Notes under the pieces: model-generated
Told to the model about the DNA's origin: nothing
Seen by the model: only the letters and a program-made list of their open reading frames with translations
Database searches by the model: none
Made by a program: the position numbers and the translations under genes
Shown: positions 36,301 to 51,300 of the stretch, in pieces
Position numbering within the stretch: the stretch's first letter is position 1
Layout of the letters: each line of letters opens with the position of its first letter
Source: Eledone cirrhosa
Taxonomy: Eukaryota
Direction: 5' to 3'
Length of the DNA: 64,000 bases
Assembly (NCBI GenBank): GCA_964016885.1
Contig: OZ024740.1
Location: 3,844,001 to 3,908,000 of the forward strand

Positions 36301-39300
36301 AGTAAGTAAAGACTCCTCTAGGACTGTTAGTGACATCCATGTAACTAGTAAGTAAAGACTCCTCTAGGACTGTTAGTGACATCCATGTAACTAGCAAGTA
36401 AAGACTCCTCTAGGACTGTTAGTGACATCCATGTAACTAGTAAGTAAAGACTCCCTCTAGGACTGTTAGTGACATCCATGTAACTAGTAAGTAAAGTCTC
36501 CCCCTAGGACTGTTGGTGACATCCATGTAACTAGTAAGTAAAGACTCCCCCTAGGACTGTTAGTGACAACCATGTAACTAGTAAGTAAAGACTCCCCCCA
36601 GGAATGTTGGTGACATCCATGTAACTAGTAAGTAAAGACTCCCCCCAGGACTGTTGGTGACATCCATGTAACTAGTAAGTAAAGACTCCCCTAGGACTGT
36701 TAGTGACATCCATTTAACTAGTAAGTAAAGAATCCTCCCAGGACTGTTGGTGACATCCATGTAACTAGTAAGTAAAGACTCCACCCAGGAATGTTAGTGA
36801 CAACCATGTAACTAGTAAGTAAAGACTCCCTCTAAGACTGTTAGTGACATCCATGTAACTAGTAAGTAAAGACTCCCCCCAGGACTGTTGGTGACATCCA
36901 TGTAACTAGTAAGTAAAGACTCCCCCCAGGAATGTTAGTGACATCCATGTAACTAGTAAGTAAAGACTCCCACTAGGACTGATAGTGACATCCATGTAAC
37001 TAGTAAAGTAAAGACTCCCCCAGGACTGTTAGTGACATCCATGTAACTAGTAAGTAAAGACTCCCCCCAGGACTGTTAGTGACATCCATGTAACTAGTAA
37101 GTAAAGACTCCCCCCAGGAATGTTAGTGACATCCATGTAACTACTAAGTAAAGACTCCCCCCAGGTCTGTTAGTGACATCCATGTAACTAGTAAGTAAAG
37201 ACTCCGCTAGGTCTGTTAGTGACATCCATGTAACTAGTAAGTAAAGACTCCCCCCAGGTCTGTTAGTGACATCCATGTAACTAGTAAGTAAAGACTCCCC
37301 CGAGGTCTGTTAGTGACATCCATGTAACTAGTAAGTAAAGACTCCGCTAGGTCTGTTAGTGACATCCATGTAACTAGTAAGTAAAGACTCCCCTAGGACT
37401 GTTAGTGACATCCATGTAACTAGTAAGTAAAGACTCCCCTAGGTCTGTTAGTGACATCCATGTAACTAGTAAGTAAAGACTCCCTCTAGGACTGTTAGTG
37501 ACATCCATGTAACTAGTAAGTAAAGACTCCCCCCAGGTCTGTTAGTGACATCCATGTAACTAGTAAGTAAAGACTCCCCCCAGGTCTGTTAGTGACATCC
37601 ATGTAACTAGTAAGTAAAGACTCCGCTAGGTCTGTTAGTGACATCCATGTAACTAGTAAGTAAAGACTCCCCTAGGACTGTTAGTGACATCCATGTAACT
37701 AGTAAGTAAAGACTCCCCTAGGTCTGTTAGTGACATCCATGTAACTAGTAAGTAAAGACTCCCTCTAGGACTGTTAGTGACATCCATGTAACTAGTAAGT
37801 AAAGACTCCCTCCAGGACTGTTAGTGACATCCATGTAACTAGTAAGTAAAACTCCCCCCAGGACTGTTAGTGACATCCATGTAACTAGTAAGTAAAGACT
37901 CCCCCCAGGTCTGTTAGTGACATCCATGTAACTAGTAAGTAAAGACTCCTCTAGGACTGTTAGTGACATCCATGTAACTAGTAAGTAAAGACTCCCTCTA
38001 GGACTGTTAGTGACATCCATGTAACTAGTAAGTAAAGACTCCCCCCAGGACTGTTGGTGACATCCATGTAACTAGTAAGTAAAGACTCCCCCCAGGTCTG
38101 TTAGTGACATCCATGTAACTAGTAAGTAAAGACTCCCCCCAGGTCTGTTAGTGACATCCATGTAACTAGTAAGTAAAGACTCCCCCCAGGTCTGTTAGTG
38201 ACATCCATGTAACTAGTAAGTAAAGACTCCTCTAGGTCTGTTAGTGACATCCATGTAACTAGTAAGTAAAGACTCCCCCCAGGTCTGTTAGTGACATCCA
38301 TGTAACTAGTAAGTAAAGACTCCCTCTAGGACTATTAGTGACATCCATGTAACTAGTAAGTAAAGACTCCTCTAGGACTGTTACTGACATCCATGTAACT
38401 AGTAAGTAAAGACTCCTCTAGGACTGTTACTGACATCCATGTAACTAGTAAGTAAAGACTCCCTCTAGGACTGTTAGTGACATCCATGTAACTAGTAAGT
38501 AAAGACTCCTCTAGGACTGTTACTGACATCCATGTAACTAGGAAGTAAAGACACCTCTAGGACTGTTACTGACATCCATGTAACTAGTAAGTAAAGACTC
38601 CCCCCAGGACTGTTAGTGACATCCATGTAACTAGTAAGTAAAGACTCCCTCTGGGACTGTTAGTGACATCCATGTAACTAGTAAGTAAATACTCCTCTAG
38701 GTCTGTTAGTGATATCCATGTAACTAGTAAGTAAAGACTCCCCCCAGGTCTGTTAGCGACATCCATGTAACTAGTAAGTAAAGACACCTCTAGGACTGTT
38801 ACTGACATCCATGTAACTAGTAAGTAAAGACTCCCTCTAGGACTGTTAGTGACATCCATGTAACTAGTAAGTAAAGACTCCTCTAGGACTGTTAGTGACA
38901 TCCATGTAACTAGTAAGTAAAGACTCCTCTAGGACTGTTAGTGACATCCATGTAACTAGTAAGTAAAGACTCCTCTAGGACTGTTAGTGACATCCATGTA
39001 ACTAGCAAGTAAAGACTCCTCTAGGACTGTTAGTGACATCCATGTAACTAGTAAGTAAAGACTCCCTCTAGGACTGTTAGTGACATCCATGTAACTAGTA
39101 AGTAAAGTCTCCCCCTAGGACTGTTGGTGACATCCATGTAACTAGTAAGTAAAGACTCCCCCTAGGACTGTTAGTGACAACCATGTAACTAGTAAGTAAA
39201 GACTCCCCCCAGGAATGTTGGTGACATCCATGTAACTAGTAAGTAAAGACTCCCCCCAGGACTGTTGGTGACATCCATGTAACTAGTAAGTAAAGACTCC

Positions 39301-42300
39301 CCTAGGACTGTTAGTGACATCCATTTAACTAGTAAGTAAAGAATCCTCCCAGGACTGTTGGTGACATCCATGTAACTAGTAAGTAAAGACTCCACCCAGG
39401 AATGTTAGTGACAACCATGTAACTAGTAAGTAAAGACTCCCTCTAAGACTGTTAGTGACATCCATGTAACTAGTAAGTAAAGACTCCCCCCAGGACTGTT
39501 GGTGACATCCATGTAACTAGTAAGTAAAGACTCCCCCCAGGAATGTTAGTGACATCCATGTAACTAGTAAGTAAAGACTCCCACTAGGACTGATAGTGAC
39601 ATCCATGTAACTAGTAAAGTAAAGACTCCCCCAGGACTGTTAGTGACATCCATGTAACTAGTAAGTAAAGACTCCCCCCAGGACTGTTAGTGACATCCAT
39701 GTAACTAGTAAGTAAAGACTCCCCCCAGGAATGTTAGTGACATCCATGTAACTACTAAGTAAAGACTCCCCCCAGGTCTGTTAGTGATATCCATGTAACT
39801 AGTAAGTAAAGACTCCGCTAGGTCTGTTAGTGACATCCATGTAACTAGTAAGTAAAGACTCCCCCTAGGACTGTTAGTGACATCCATGTAACTAGTAAGT
39901 AAAGACTCCCCCGAGGTCTGTTAGTGACATCCATGTAACTAGTAAGTAAAGACTCCCCCCAGGTCTGTTAGTGACATCCATGTAACTAGTAAGTAAAGAC
40001 TCCGCTAGGTCTGTTAGTGACATCCATGTAACTAGTAAGTAAAGACTCCCCTAGGACTGTTAGTGACATCCATGTAACTAGTAAGTAAAGACTCCCCTAG
40101 GTCTGTTAGTGACATCCATGTAACTAGTAATTAAAGACTCCCTCTAGGACTGTTAGTGACATCCATGTAACTAGTAAGTAAAGACTCCCTCCAGGACTGT
40201 TAGTGACATCCATGTAACTAGTAAGTAAAACTCCCCCCAGGACTGTTAGTGACATCCATGTAACTAGTAAGTAAAGACTCCCTCTAGGACTGTTAGTGAC
40301 ATCCATGTAACTAGTAAGTAAAGACTCCCCCCAGGTCTGTTAGTGACATCCATGTAACTAGTAAGTAAAGACTCCCCCCAGGACTGTTAGTGACATCCAT
40401 GTAACTAGTAAGTAAAGACTCCCTCTAGGACTGTTAGTGACATCCATGTAACTAGTAAGTAAAGACTCCTCTAGGTCTGTTAGTGACATCCATGTAACTA
40501 GTAAGTAAAGACTCCTCTAGGACTGTTAGTGACATCCATGTAACTAGTAAGTAAAGACTCCTCTAGGACTGTTAGTGACATCCATGTAACTAGCAAGTAA
40601 AGACTCCTCTAGGACTGTTAGTGACATCCATGTAACTAGTAAGTAAAGACTCCCTCTAGGACTGTTAGTGACATCCATGTAACTAGTAAGTAAAGTCTCC
40701 CCCTAGGACTGTTGGTGACATCCATGTAACTAGTAAGTAAAGACCCCCTAGGACTGTTAGTGACAACCATGTAACTAGTAAGTAAAGACTCCCCCCAGGA
40801 ATGTTGGTGACATCCATGTAACTAGTAAGTAAAGACTCCCCCCAGGACTGTTGGTGACATCCATGTAACTAGTAAGTAAAGACTCCCCCCAGGAATGTTA
40901 GTGACATCCATGTAACTAGTAAGTAAAGACTCCCACTAGGACTGATAGTGACATCCATGTAACTAGTAAAGTAAAGACTCCCCCAGTACTGTTAGTGACA
41001 TCCATGTAACTAGTAAGTAAAGACTCCCCCCAGGACTGTTAGTGACATCCATGTAACTAGTAAGTAAAGACTCCCCCCAGGAATGTTAGTGACATCCATG
41101 TAACTAGTAAGTAAAGACTCCCCCCAGGACTGTTGGTGACATCCATGTAACTAGTAAGTAAAGACTCCCCCCAGGAATGTTAGTGACATCCATGTAACTA
41201 GTAAGTAAAGACTCCCACTAGGACTGATAGTGACATCCATGTAACTAGTAAGTAAAGACTCCCTCTAGGACTGTTAGTGACATCCATGTAACTAGTATGT
41301 AAAGACTCCCCCCAGGTCTGTTAGTGACATCCATGTAACTAGTAAGTAAAGACTCCCCCCAGGTCTGTTAGTGACATCCATGTAACTAGTAAGTAAAGAC
41401 TCCGCTAGGTCTGTTAGTGACATCCATGTAACTAGTAAGTAAAGACTCCCCTAGGACTGTTAGTGACATCCATGTAACTAGTAAGTAAAGACTCCCCTAG
41501 GTCTGTTAGTGACATCCATGTAACTAGTAAGTAAAGACTCCCTCTAGGACTGTTAGTGACATCCATGTAACTAGTAAGTAAAGACTCCCTCCAGGACTGT
41601 TAGTGACATCCATGTAACTAGTAAGTAAAGACTCCCCCCAGGACTGTTAGTGACATCCATGTAACTAGTAAGTAAAGACTCCCCCCAGGTCTGTTAGTGA
41701 CATCCATGTAACTAGTAAGTAAAGACTCCTCTAGGACTGTTAGTGACAGCCATGTAACTAGTAAGTAAAGACTCCCCCCAGGACTGTTAGTGACATCCAT
41801 GTAACTAGTAAGTAAAGACTCCCTCTGGGACTGTTAGTGACATCCATGTAACTAGTAAGTAAATACTCCTCTAGGTCTGTTAGTGATATCCATGTAACTA
41901 GTAAGTAAAGACTCCCCCCAGGTCTGTTAGCGACATCCATGTAACTAGTAAGTAAAGACACCTCTAGGACTGTTACTGACATCCATGTAACTAGTAAGTA
42001 AAGACTCCCTCTAGGACTGTTAGTGACATCCATGTAACTAGTAAGTAAAGACTCCTCTAGGACTGTTAGTGACATCCATGTAACTAGTAAGTAAAGACTC
42101 CTCTAGGACTGTTAGTGACATCCATGTAACTAGTAAGTAAAGACTCCTCTAGGACTGTTAGTGACATCCATGTAACTAGCAAGTAAAGACTCCTCTAGGA
42201 CTGTTAGTGACATCCATGTAACTAGTAAGTAAAGACTCCCTCTAGGACTGTTAGTGACATCCATGTAACTAGTAAGTAAAGTCTCCCCCTAGGACTGTTG

Positions 42301-45300
42301 GTGACATCCATGTAACTAGTAAGTAAAGACTCCCCCTAGGACTGTTAGTGACAACCATGTAACTAGTAAGTAAAGACTCCCCCCAGGAATGTTGGTGACA
42401 TCCATGTAACTAGTAAGTAAAGACTCCCCCCAGGACTGTTGGTGACATCCATGTAACTAGTAAGTAAAGACTCCCCTAGGACTGTTAGTGACATCCATTT
42501 AACTAGTAAGTAAAGAATCCTCCCAGGACTGTTGGTGACATCCATGTAACTAGTAAGTAAAGACTCCACCCAGGAATGTTAGTGACAACCATGTAACTAG
42601 TAAGTAAAGACTCCCTCTAAGACTGTTAGTGACATCCATGTAACTAGTAAGTAAAGACTCCCCCCAGGACTGTTGGTGACATCCATGTAACTAGTAAGTA
42701 AAGACTCCCCCCAGGAATGTTAGTGACATCCATGTAACTAGTAAGTAAAGACTCCCACTAGGACTGATAGTGACATCCATGTAACTAGTAAAGTAAAGAC
42801 TCCCCCAGGACTGTTAGTGACATCCATGTAACTAGTAAGTAAAGACTCCCCCCAGGACTGTTAGTGACATCCATGTAACTAGTAAGTAAAGACTCCCCCC
42901 AGGAATGTTAGTGACATCCATGTAACTACTAAGTAAAGACTCCCCCCAGGTCTGTTAGTGATATCCATGTAACTAGTAAGTAAAGACTCCGCTAGGTCTG
43001 TTAGTGACATCCATGTAACTAGTAAGTAAAGACTCCCCCTAGGACTGTTAGTGACATCCATGTAACTAGTAAGTAAAGACTCCCCCGAGGTCTGTTAGTG
43101 ACATCCATGTAACTAGTAAGTAAAGACTCCCCCCAGGTCTGTTAGTGACATCCATGTAACTAGTAAGTAAAGACTCCGCTAGGTCTGTTAGTGACATCCA
43201 TGTAACTAGTAAGTAAAGACTCCCCTAGGACTGTTAGTGACATCCATGTAACTAGTAAGTAAAGACTCCCCTAGGTCTGTTAGTGACATCCATGTAACTA
43301 GTAATTAAAGACTCCCTCTAGGACTGTTAGTGACATCCATGTAACTAGTAAGTAAAGACTCCCTCCAGGACTGTTAGTGACATCCATGTAACTAGTAAGT
43401 AAAACTCCCCCCAGGACTGTTAGTGACATCCATGTAACTAGTAAGTAAAGACTCCCTCTAGGACTGTTAGTGACATCCATGTAACTAGTAAGTAAAGACT
43501 CCCCCCAGGTCTGTTAGTGACATCCATGTAACTAGTAAGTAAAGACTCCCCCCAGGACTGTTAGTGACATCCATGTAACTAGTAAGTAAAGACTCCCTCT
43601 AGGACTGTTAGTGACATCCATGTAACTAGTAAGTAAAGACTCCTCTAGGTCTGTTAGTGACATCCATGTAACTAGTAAGTAAAGACTCCTCTAGGACTGT
43701 TAGTGACATCCATGTAACTAGTAAGTAAAGACTCCTCTAGGACTGTTAGTGACATCCATGTAACTAGCAAGTAAAGACTCCTCTAGGACTGTTAGTGACA
43801 TCCATGTAACTAGTAAGTAAAGACTCCCTCTAGGACTGTTAGTGACATCCATGTAACTAGTAAGTAAAGTCTCCCCCTAGGACTGTTGGTGACATCCATG
43901 TAACTAGTAAGTAAAGACCCCCTAGGACTGTTAGTGACAACCATGTAACTAGTAAGTAAAGACTCCCCCCAGGAATGTTGGTGACATCCATGTAACTAGT
44001 AAGTAAAGACTCCCCCCAGGACTGTTGGTGACATCCATGTAACTAGTAAGTAAAGACTCCCCCCAGGAATGTTAGTGACATCCATGTAACTAGTAAGTAA
44101 AGACTCCCACTAGGACTGATAGTGACATCCATGTAACTAGTAAAGTAAAGACTCCCCCAGTACTGTTAGTGACATCCATGTAACTAGTAAGTAAAGACTC
44201 CCCCCAGGACTGTTAGTGACATCCATGTAACTAGTAAGTAAAGACTCCCCCCAGGAATGTTAGTGACATCCATGTAACTAGTAAGTAAAGACTCCCCCCA
44301 GGACTGTTGGTGACATCCATGTAACTAGTAAGTAAAGACTCCCCCCAGGAATGTTAGTGACATCCATGTAACTAGTAAGTAAAGACTCCCACTAGGACTG
44401 ATAGTGACATCCATGTAACTAGTAAGTAAAGACTCCCTCTAGGACTGTTAGTGACATCCATGTAACTAGTATGTAAAGACTCCCCCCAGGTCTGTTAGTG
44501 ACATCCATGTAACTAGTAAGTAAAGACTCCCCCCAGGTCTGTTAGTGACATCCATGTAACTAGTAAGTAAAGACTCCGCTAGGTCTGTTAGTGACATCCA
44601 TGTAACTAGTAAGTAAAGACTCCCCTAGGACTGTTAGTGACATCCATGTAACTAGTAAGTAAAGACTCCCCTAGGTCTGTTAGTGACATCCATGTAACTA
44701 GTAAGTAAAGACTCCCTCTAGGACTGTTAGTGACATCCATGTAACTAGTAAGTAAAGACTCCCTCCAGGACTGTTAGTGACATCCATGTAACTAGTAAGT
44801 AAAGACTCCCCCCAGGACTGTTAGTGACATCCATGTAACTAGTAAGTAAAGACTCCCCCCAGGTCTGTTAGTGACATCCATGTAACTAGTAAGTAAAGAC
44901 TCCTCTAGGACTGTTAGTGACAGCCATGTAACTAGTAAGTAAAGACTCCCTCTAGGACTGTTAGTGACATCCATGTAACTAGTAAGTAAAGACTCCCCCC
45001 AGGACTGTTGGTGACATCCATGTAACTAGTAAGTAAAGACTCCCCCCAGGTCTGTTAGTGACATCCATGTAACTAGTAAGTAAAGACTCCCCCCAGGTCT
45101 GTTAGTGACATCCATGTAACTAGTAAGTAAAGACTCCCCCCAGGTCTGTTAGTGACATCCATGTAACTAGTAAGTAAAGACTCCTCTAGGTCTGTTAGTG
45201 ACATCCATGTAACTAGTAAGTAAAGACTCCCCCCAGGTCTGTTAGTGACATCCATGTAACTAGTAAGTAAAGACTCCCTCTAGGACTGTTACTGACATCC

Positions 45301-48300
45301 ATGTAACTAGTAAGTAAAGACTCCTCTAGGACTGTTACTGACATCCATGTAACTAGTAAGTAAAGACTCCCTCTAGGACTGTTAGTGACATCCATGTAAC
45401 TAGTAAGTAAAGACTCCTCTAGGACTGTTACTGACATCCATGTAACTAGTAAGTAAAGACTCCTCTAGGACTGTTACTGACATCCATGTAACTAGTAAGT
45501 AAAGACTCCCCCCAGGACTGTTAGTGACATCCATGTAACTAGTAAGTAAAGACTCCCTCTAGGACTGTTAGTGACATCCATGTAACTAGTAAGTAAATAC
45601 TCCTCTAGGTCTGTTAGTGATATCCATGTAACTAGTAAGTAAAGACTCCCCCCAGGTCTGTTAGCGACATCCATGTAACTAGTAAGTAAAGACACCTCTA
45701 GGACTGATACTGACATCCATGTAACTAGTAAGTAAAGACTCCCTCTAGGACTGTTAGTGACATCCATGTAACTAGTAAGTAAAGACTCCTCTAGGACTGT
45801 TAGTGACATCCATGTAACTAGTAAGTAAAGACTCCTCTAGGACTGTTAGTGACATCCATGTAACTAGTAAGTAAAGACTCCTCTAGGACTGTTAGTGACA
45901 TCCATGTAACTAGCAAGTAAAGACTCCTCTAGGACTGTTAGTGACATCCATGTAACTAGTAAGTAAAGACTCCCTCTAGGACTGTTAGTGACATCCATGT
46001 AACTAGTAAGTAAAGTCTCCCCCTAGGACTGTTGGTGACATCCATGTAACTAGTAAGTAAAGACTCCCCCTAGGACTGTTAGTGACAACCATGTAACTAG
46101 TAAGTAAAGACTCCCCCCAGGAATGTTGGTGACATCCATGTAACTAGTAAGTAAAGACTCCCCCCAGGACTGTTGGTGACATCCATGTAACTAGTAAGTA
46201 AAGACTCCCCTAGGACTGTTAGTGACATCCATTTAACTAGTAAGTAAAGAATCCTCCCAGGACTGTTGGTGACATCCATGTAACTAGTAAGTAAAGACTC
46301 CACCCAGGAATGTTAGTGACAACCATGTAACTAGTAAGTAAAGACTCCCTCTAAGACTGTTAGTGACATCCATGTAACTAGTAAGTAAAGACTCCCCCCA
46401 GGACTGTTGGTGACATCCATGTAACTAGTAAGTAAAGACTCCCCCCAGGAATGTTAGTGACATCCATGTAACTAGTAAGTAAAGACTCCCACTAGGACTG
46501 ATAGTGACATCCATGTAACTAGTAAAGTAAAGACTCCCCCAGGACTGTTAGTGACATCCATGTAACTAGTAAGTAAAGACTCCCCCCAGGACTGTTAGTG
46601 ACATCCATGTAACTAGTAAGTAAAGACTCCCCCCAGGAATGTTAGTGACATCCATGTAACTACTAAGTAAAGACTCCCCCCAGGTCTGTTAGTGACATCC
46701 ATGTAACTAGTAAGTAAAGACTCCGCTAGGTCTGTTAGTGACATCCATGTAACTAGTAAGTAAAGACTCCCCCTAGGACTGTTAGTGACATCCATGTAAC
46801 TAGTAAGTAAAGACTCCCCCGAGGTCTGTTAGTGACATCCATGTAACTAGTAAGTAAAGACTCCCCCCAGGTCTGTTAGTGACATCCATGTAACTAGTAA
46901 GTAAAGACTCCGCTAGGTCTGTTAGTGACATCCATGTAACTAGTGAGTAAAGACTTCCCTAGGACTGTTAGTGACATCCATGTAACTAGTAAGTAATGAC
47001 TCCCCTAGGTCTGTTAGTGACATCCATGTAACTAGTAAGTAAAGACTCCCTCTAGGACTGTTAGTGACATCCATGTAACTAGTAAGTAAAGACTCCCTCC
47101 AGGACTGTTAGTGACATCCATGTAACTAGTAAGTAAAACTCCCCCCAGGACTGTTAGTGACATCCATGTAACTAGTAAGTAAAGACTCCCCCCAGGTCTG
47201 TTAGTGACATCCATGTAACTAGTAAGTAAAGACTCCTCTAGGACTGTTAGTGACATCCATGTAACTAGTAAGTAAAGACTCCCTCTAGGACTGTTAGTGA
47301 CATCCATGTAACTAGTAAGTAAAGACTCCCCCCAGGACTGTTGGTGACATCCATGTAACTAGTAAGTAAAGACTCCCCCCAGGTCTGTTAGTGACATCCA
47401 TGTAACTAGTAAGTAAAGACTCCCCCCAGGTCTGTTAGTGACATCCATGTAACTAGTAAGTAAAGACTCCCCCCAGGTCTGTTAGTGACATCCATGTAAC
47501 TAGTAAGTAAAGACTCCTCTAGGTCTGTTAGTGACATCCATGTAACTAGTAAGTAAAGACTCCCCCCAGGTCTGTTAGTGACATCCATGTAACTAGTAAG
47601 TAAAGACTCCCTCTAGGACTATTAGTGACATCCATGTAACTAGTAAGTAAAGACTCCTCTAGGACTGTTACTGACATCCATGTAACTAGTAAGTAAAGAC
47701 TCCTCTAGGACTGTTACTGACATCCATGTAACTAGTAAGTAAAGACTCCCTCTAGGACTGTTAGTGACATCCATGTAACTAGTAAGTAAAGACTCCTCTA
47801 GGACTGTTACTGACATCCATGTAACTAGTAAGTAAAGACTCCTCTAGGACTGTTACTGACATCCATGTAACTAGTAAGTAAAGACTCCCCCCAGGACTGT
47901 TAGTGACATCCATGTAACTAGTAAGTAAAGACTCCCTCTAGGACTGTTAGTGACATCCATGTAACTAGTAAGTAAATACTCCTCTAGGTCTGTTAGTGAT
48001 ATCCATGTAACTAGTAAGTAAAGACTCCCCCCAGGTCTGTTAGCGACATCCATGTAACTAGTAAGTAAAGACACCTCTAGGACTGTTACTGACATCCATG
48101 TAACTAGTAAGTAAAGACTCCCTCTAGGACTGTTAGTGACATCCATGTAACTAGTAAGTAAAGACTCCTCTAGGACTGTTAGTGACATCCATGTAACTAG
48201 TAAGTAAAGACTCCTCTAGGACTGTTACTGACATCCATGTAACTAGTAAGTAAAGACTCCCCCCAGGACTGTTAGTGACATCCATGTAACTAGTAAGTAA

Positions 48301-51300
48301 AGACTCCCTCTAGGACTGTTAGTGACATCCATGTAACTAGTAAGTAAAGACTCCTCTAGGTCTGTTAGTGACATCCATGTAACTAGTAAGTAAAGACTCC
48401 TCTAGGACTGTTAGTGACATCCATGTAACTAGTAAGTAAAGACTCCTATAGGACTGTTAGTGATATCCATGTAACTAGCAAGTAAAGACTCCTCTAGGAC
48501 TGTTAGTGACATCCATGTAACTAGTAAGTAAAGACTCCCTCTAGGACTGTTAGTGACATCCATGTAACTAGTAAGTAAAGTCTCCCCCCAGGACTGTTGG
48601 TGACATCCATGTAACTAGTAAGTAAAGACTCCCCCTAGGACTGTTAGTGACAACCATGTAACTAGTAAGTAAAGACTCCCCACAGGAATGTTGGTGACAT
48701 CCATGTAACTAGTAAGTAAAAACTCCCCCCAGGACTGTTAGTGACATCCATGTAACTAGTAAGTAAAGACTCCCCCAGGCCTGTTAGTGACATCCATGTA
48801 ACTAGTAAGTAAAGACTCCCTCCAGGACTGTTAGTGACATCCATGTAACTAGTAAGTAAAGACTCCCTCTAGGACTGTTAGTGACATCCATGTAACTAGT
48901 AAGTAAAGACTCCCCCCAGGACTGTTAGTGACATCCATGTAACTAGTAAGTAAAGACTCCCCCCTCGATTGTTAGTGACATCCATGTAACTGGTAAGTAA
49001 AGACTCCTCTAGGTCTGTTAGTGACATCCATGTAACTAGTAAGTAAATACTCCACTAGGACTGTTAGTGACATCCATGTAACTAGTAAGTAAAGACTCCC
49101 CCCAGGAATTTTAGTGACATCCATGTAACTAGTAAGTAAAGACTCCCCCAGGACTGTTAGTGACATCCATGTAACTAGTAGGTAAAGACTCCCCCTAGGA
49201 ATGTTAGTGACATCCATGTAACTAGTAAGTAAAGACTCCCCTAGGACTGTTAGTGACATCCATTTAACTAGTAAGTAAAGAATCCCCCCAGGACTGTTGG
49301 TGACATCCATGTAACTAGTAAGTAAAGACTCCCTCTAGGACTGTTAGTGACATCCATGTAACTAGTAAGTAAAGACTCCCCCAGGACTGTTAGTGACATC
49401 CATGTAACTAGAAAGTAAAGACTCCCCCCAGGACTGTTGGTGACATCCATGTAACTAGTAAGTAAAGACTCCCCCCAGGAATGTTAGTGACATCCATGTA
49501 ACTAGTAAGTAAAGACTCCCCCAGGACTGTTAGTGACATCCATGTAACTAGTAAGTAAAGACTCCCCCAGGACTGTTAGTGACATCCATGTAACTAGTAA
49601 GTAAAGACTCCCCTAGGACTGTTAGTGACATCCATGTAACTAGTAAGTAAAGACTCCTCTAGGACTGTTAGTGACATCCATGTAACTAGTAAGTAAAGAC
49701 TCCTCTAGGACTGTTACTGACATCCATGTAACTAGTAAGTAAAGACTCCCCCCAGGACTGTTAGTGACATCCATGTAACTAGTAAGTAAAGACTCCCTCT
49801 AGGACTGTTAGTGACATCCATGTAACTAGTAAGTAAAGACTCCTCTAGGTCTGTTAGTGACATCCATGTAACTAGTAAGTAAAGACTCCTCTAGGACTGT
49901 TAGTGACATCCATGTAACTAGTAAGTAAAGACTCCTCTAGGACTGTTAGTGACATCCATGTAACTAGCAAGTAAAGACTCCTCTAGGACTGTTAGTGACA
50001 TCCATGTAACTAGTAAGTAAAGACTCCCTCTAGGACTGTTAGTGACATCCATGTAACTAGTAAGTAAAGTCTCCCCCCAGGACTGTTGGTGACATCCATG
50101 TAACTAGTAAGTAAAGACTCCCCCTAGGACTGTTAGTGACAACCATGTAACTAGTAAGTAAAGACTCCCCCCAGGAATGTTGGTGACATCCATGTAACTA
50201 GTAAGTAAAGACTCCCCCCAGGACTGTTAGTGACATCCATGTAACTAGTAAGTAAAGACTCCCCCAGGCCTGTTAGTGACATCCATGTAACTAGTAAGTA
50301 AAGACTCCCTCCAGGACTGTTAGTGACATCCATGTAACTAGTAAGTAAAGACTCCCTCTAGGACTGTTAGTGACATCCATGTAACTAGTAAGTAAAGACT
50401 CCCCCCAGGACTGTTAGTGACATCCATGTAACTAGTAAGTAAAGACTCCCCCCACGATTGTTAGTGACATCCATGTAACTGGTAAGTAAAGACTCCTCTA
50501 GTTCTGTTAGTGACATCCATGTAACTAGTAAGTAAATACTCCACTAGGACTGTTAGTGACATCCATGTAACTAGTAAGTAAAGACTCCCCCCAGGAATTT
50601 TAGTGACATCCATGTAACTAGTAAGTAAAGACTCCCCCAGGACTGTTAGTGACATCCATGTAACTAGTAGGTAAAGACTCCCCCTAGGAATGTTAGTGAC
50701 ATCCATGTAACTAGTAAGTAAAGACTCCCCTAGGACTGTTAGTGACATCCATTTAACTAGTAAGTAAAGAATCACCCCAGGACTGTTGGTGACATCCATG
50801 TAACTAGTAAGTAAAGACTCCCTCTAGGACTGTTAGTGACATCCATGTAACTAGTAAGTAAAGACTCCCCCAGGACTGTTAGTGACATCCATGTAACTAG
50901 AAAGTAAAGACTCCCCCCAGGACTGTTGGTGACATCCATGTAACTAGTAAGTAAAGACTCCCCCCAGGAATGTTAGTGACATCCATGTAACTAGTAAGTA
51001 AAGACTCCCCCAGGACTGTTAGTGACATCCATGTAACTAGTAAGTAAAGACTCCCCCCAGGACTGTTAGTGACATCCATGTAACTAGTAAGTAAAGACTC
51101 CCTAGGACTGTTAGTGACATCCATGTAACTAGTAAGTAAAGACTCCACTAGGTCTGTTAGTGACATCCATGTAACTAGTATGTAAAGACTCCCCCTAGGA
51201 CTGTTAGTGACATCCATGTAACTAGTAAGTAAAGACTCCCCCCAGGTCTGTTAGTGACATCCATGTAACTAGTAAGTAAAGACTCCCCCCAGGTCTGTTA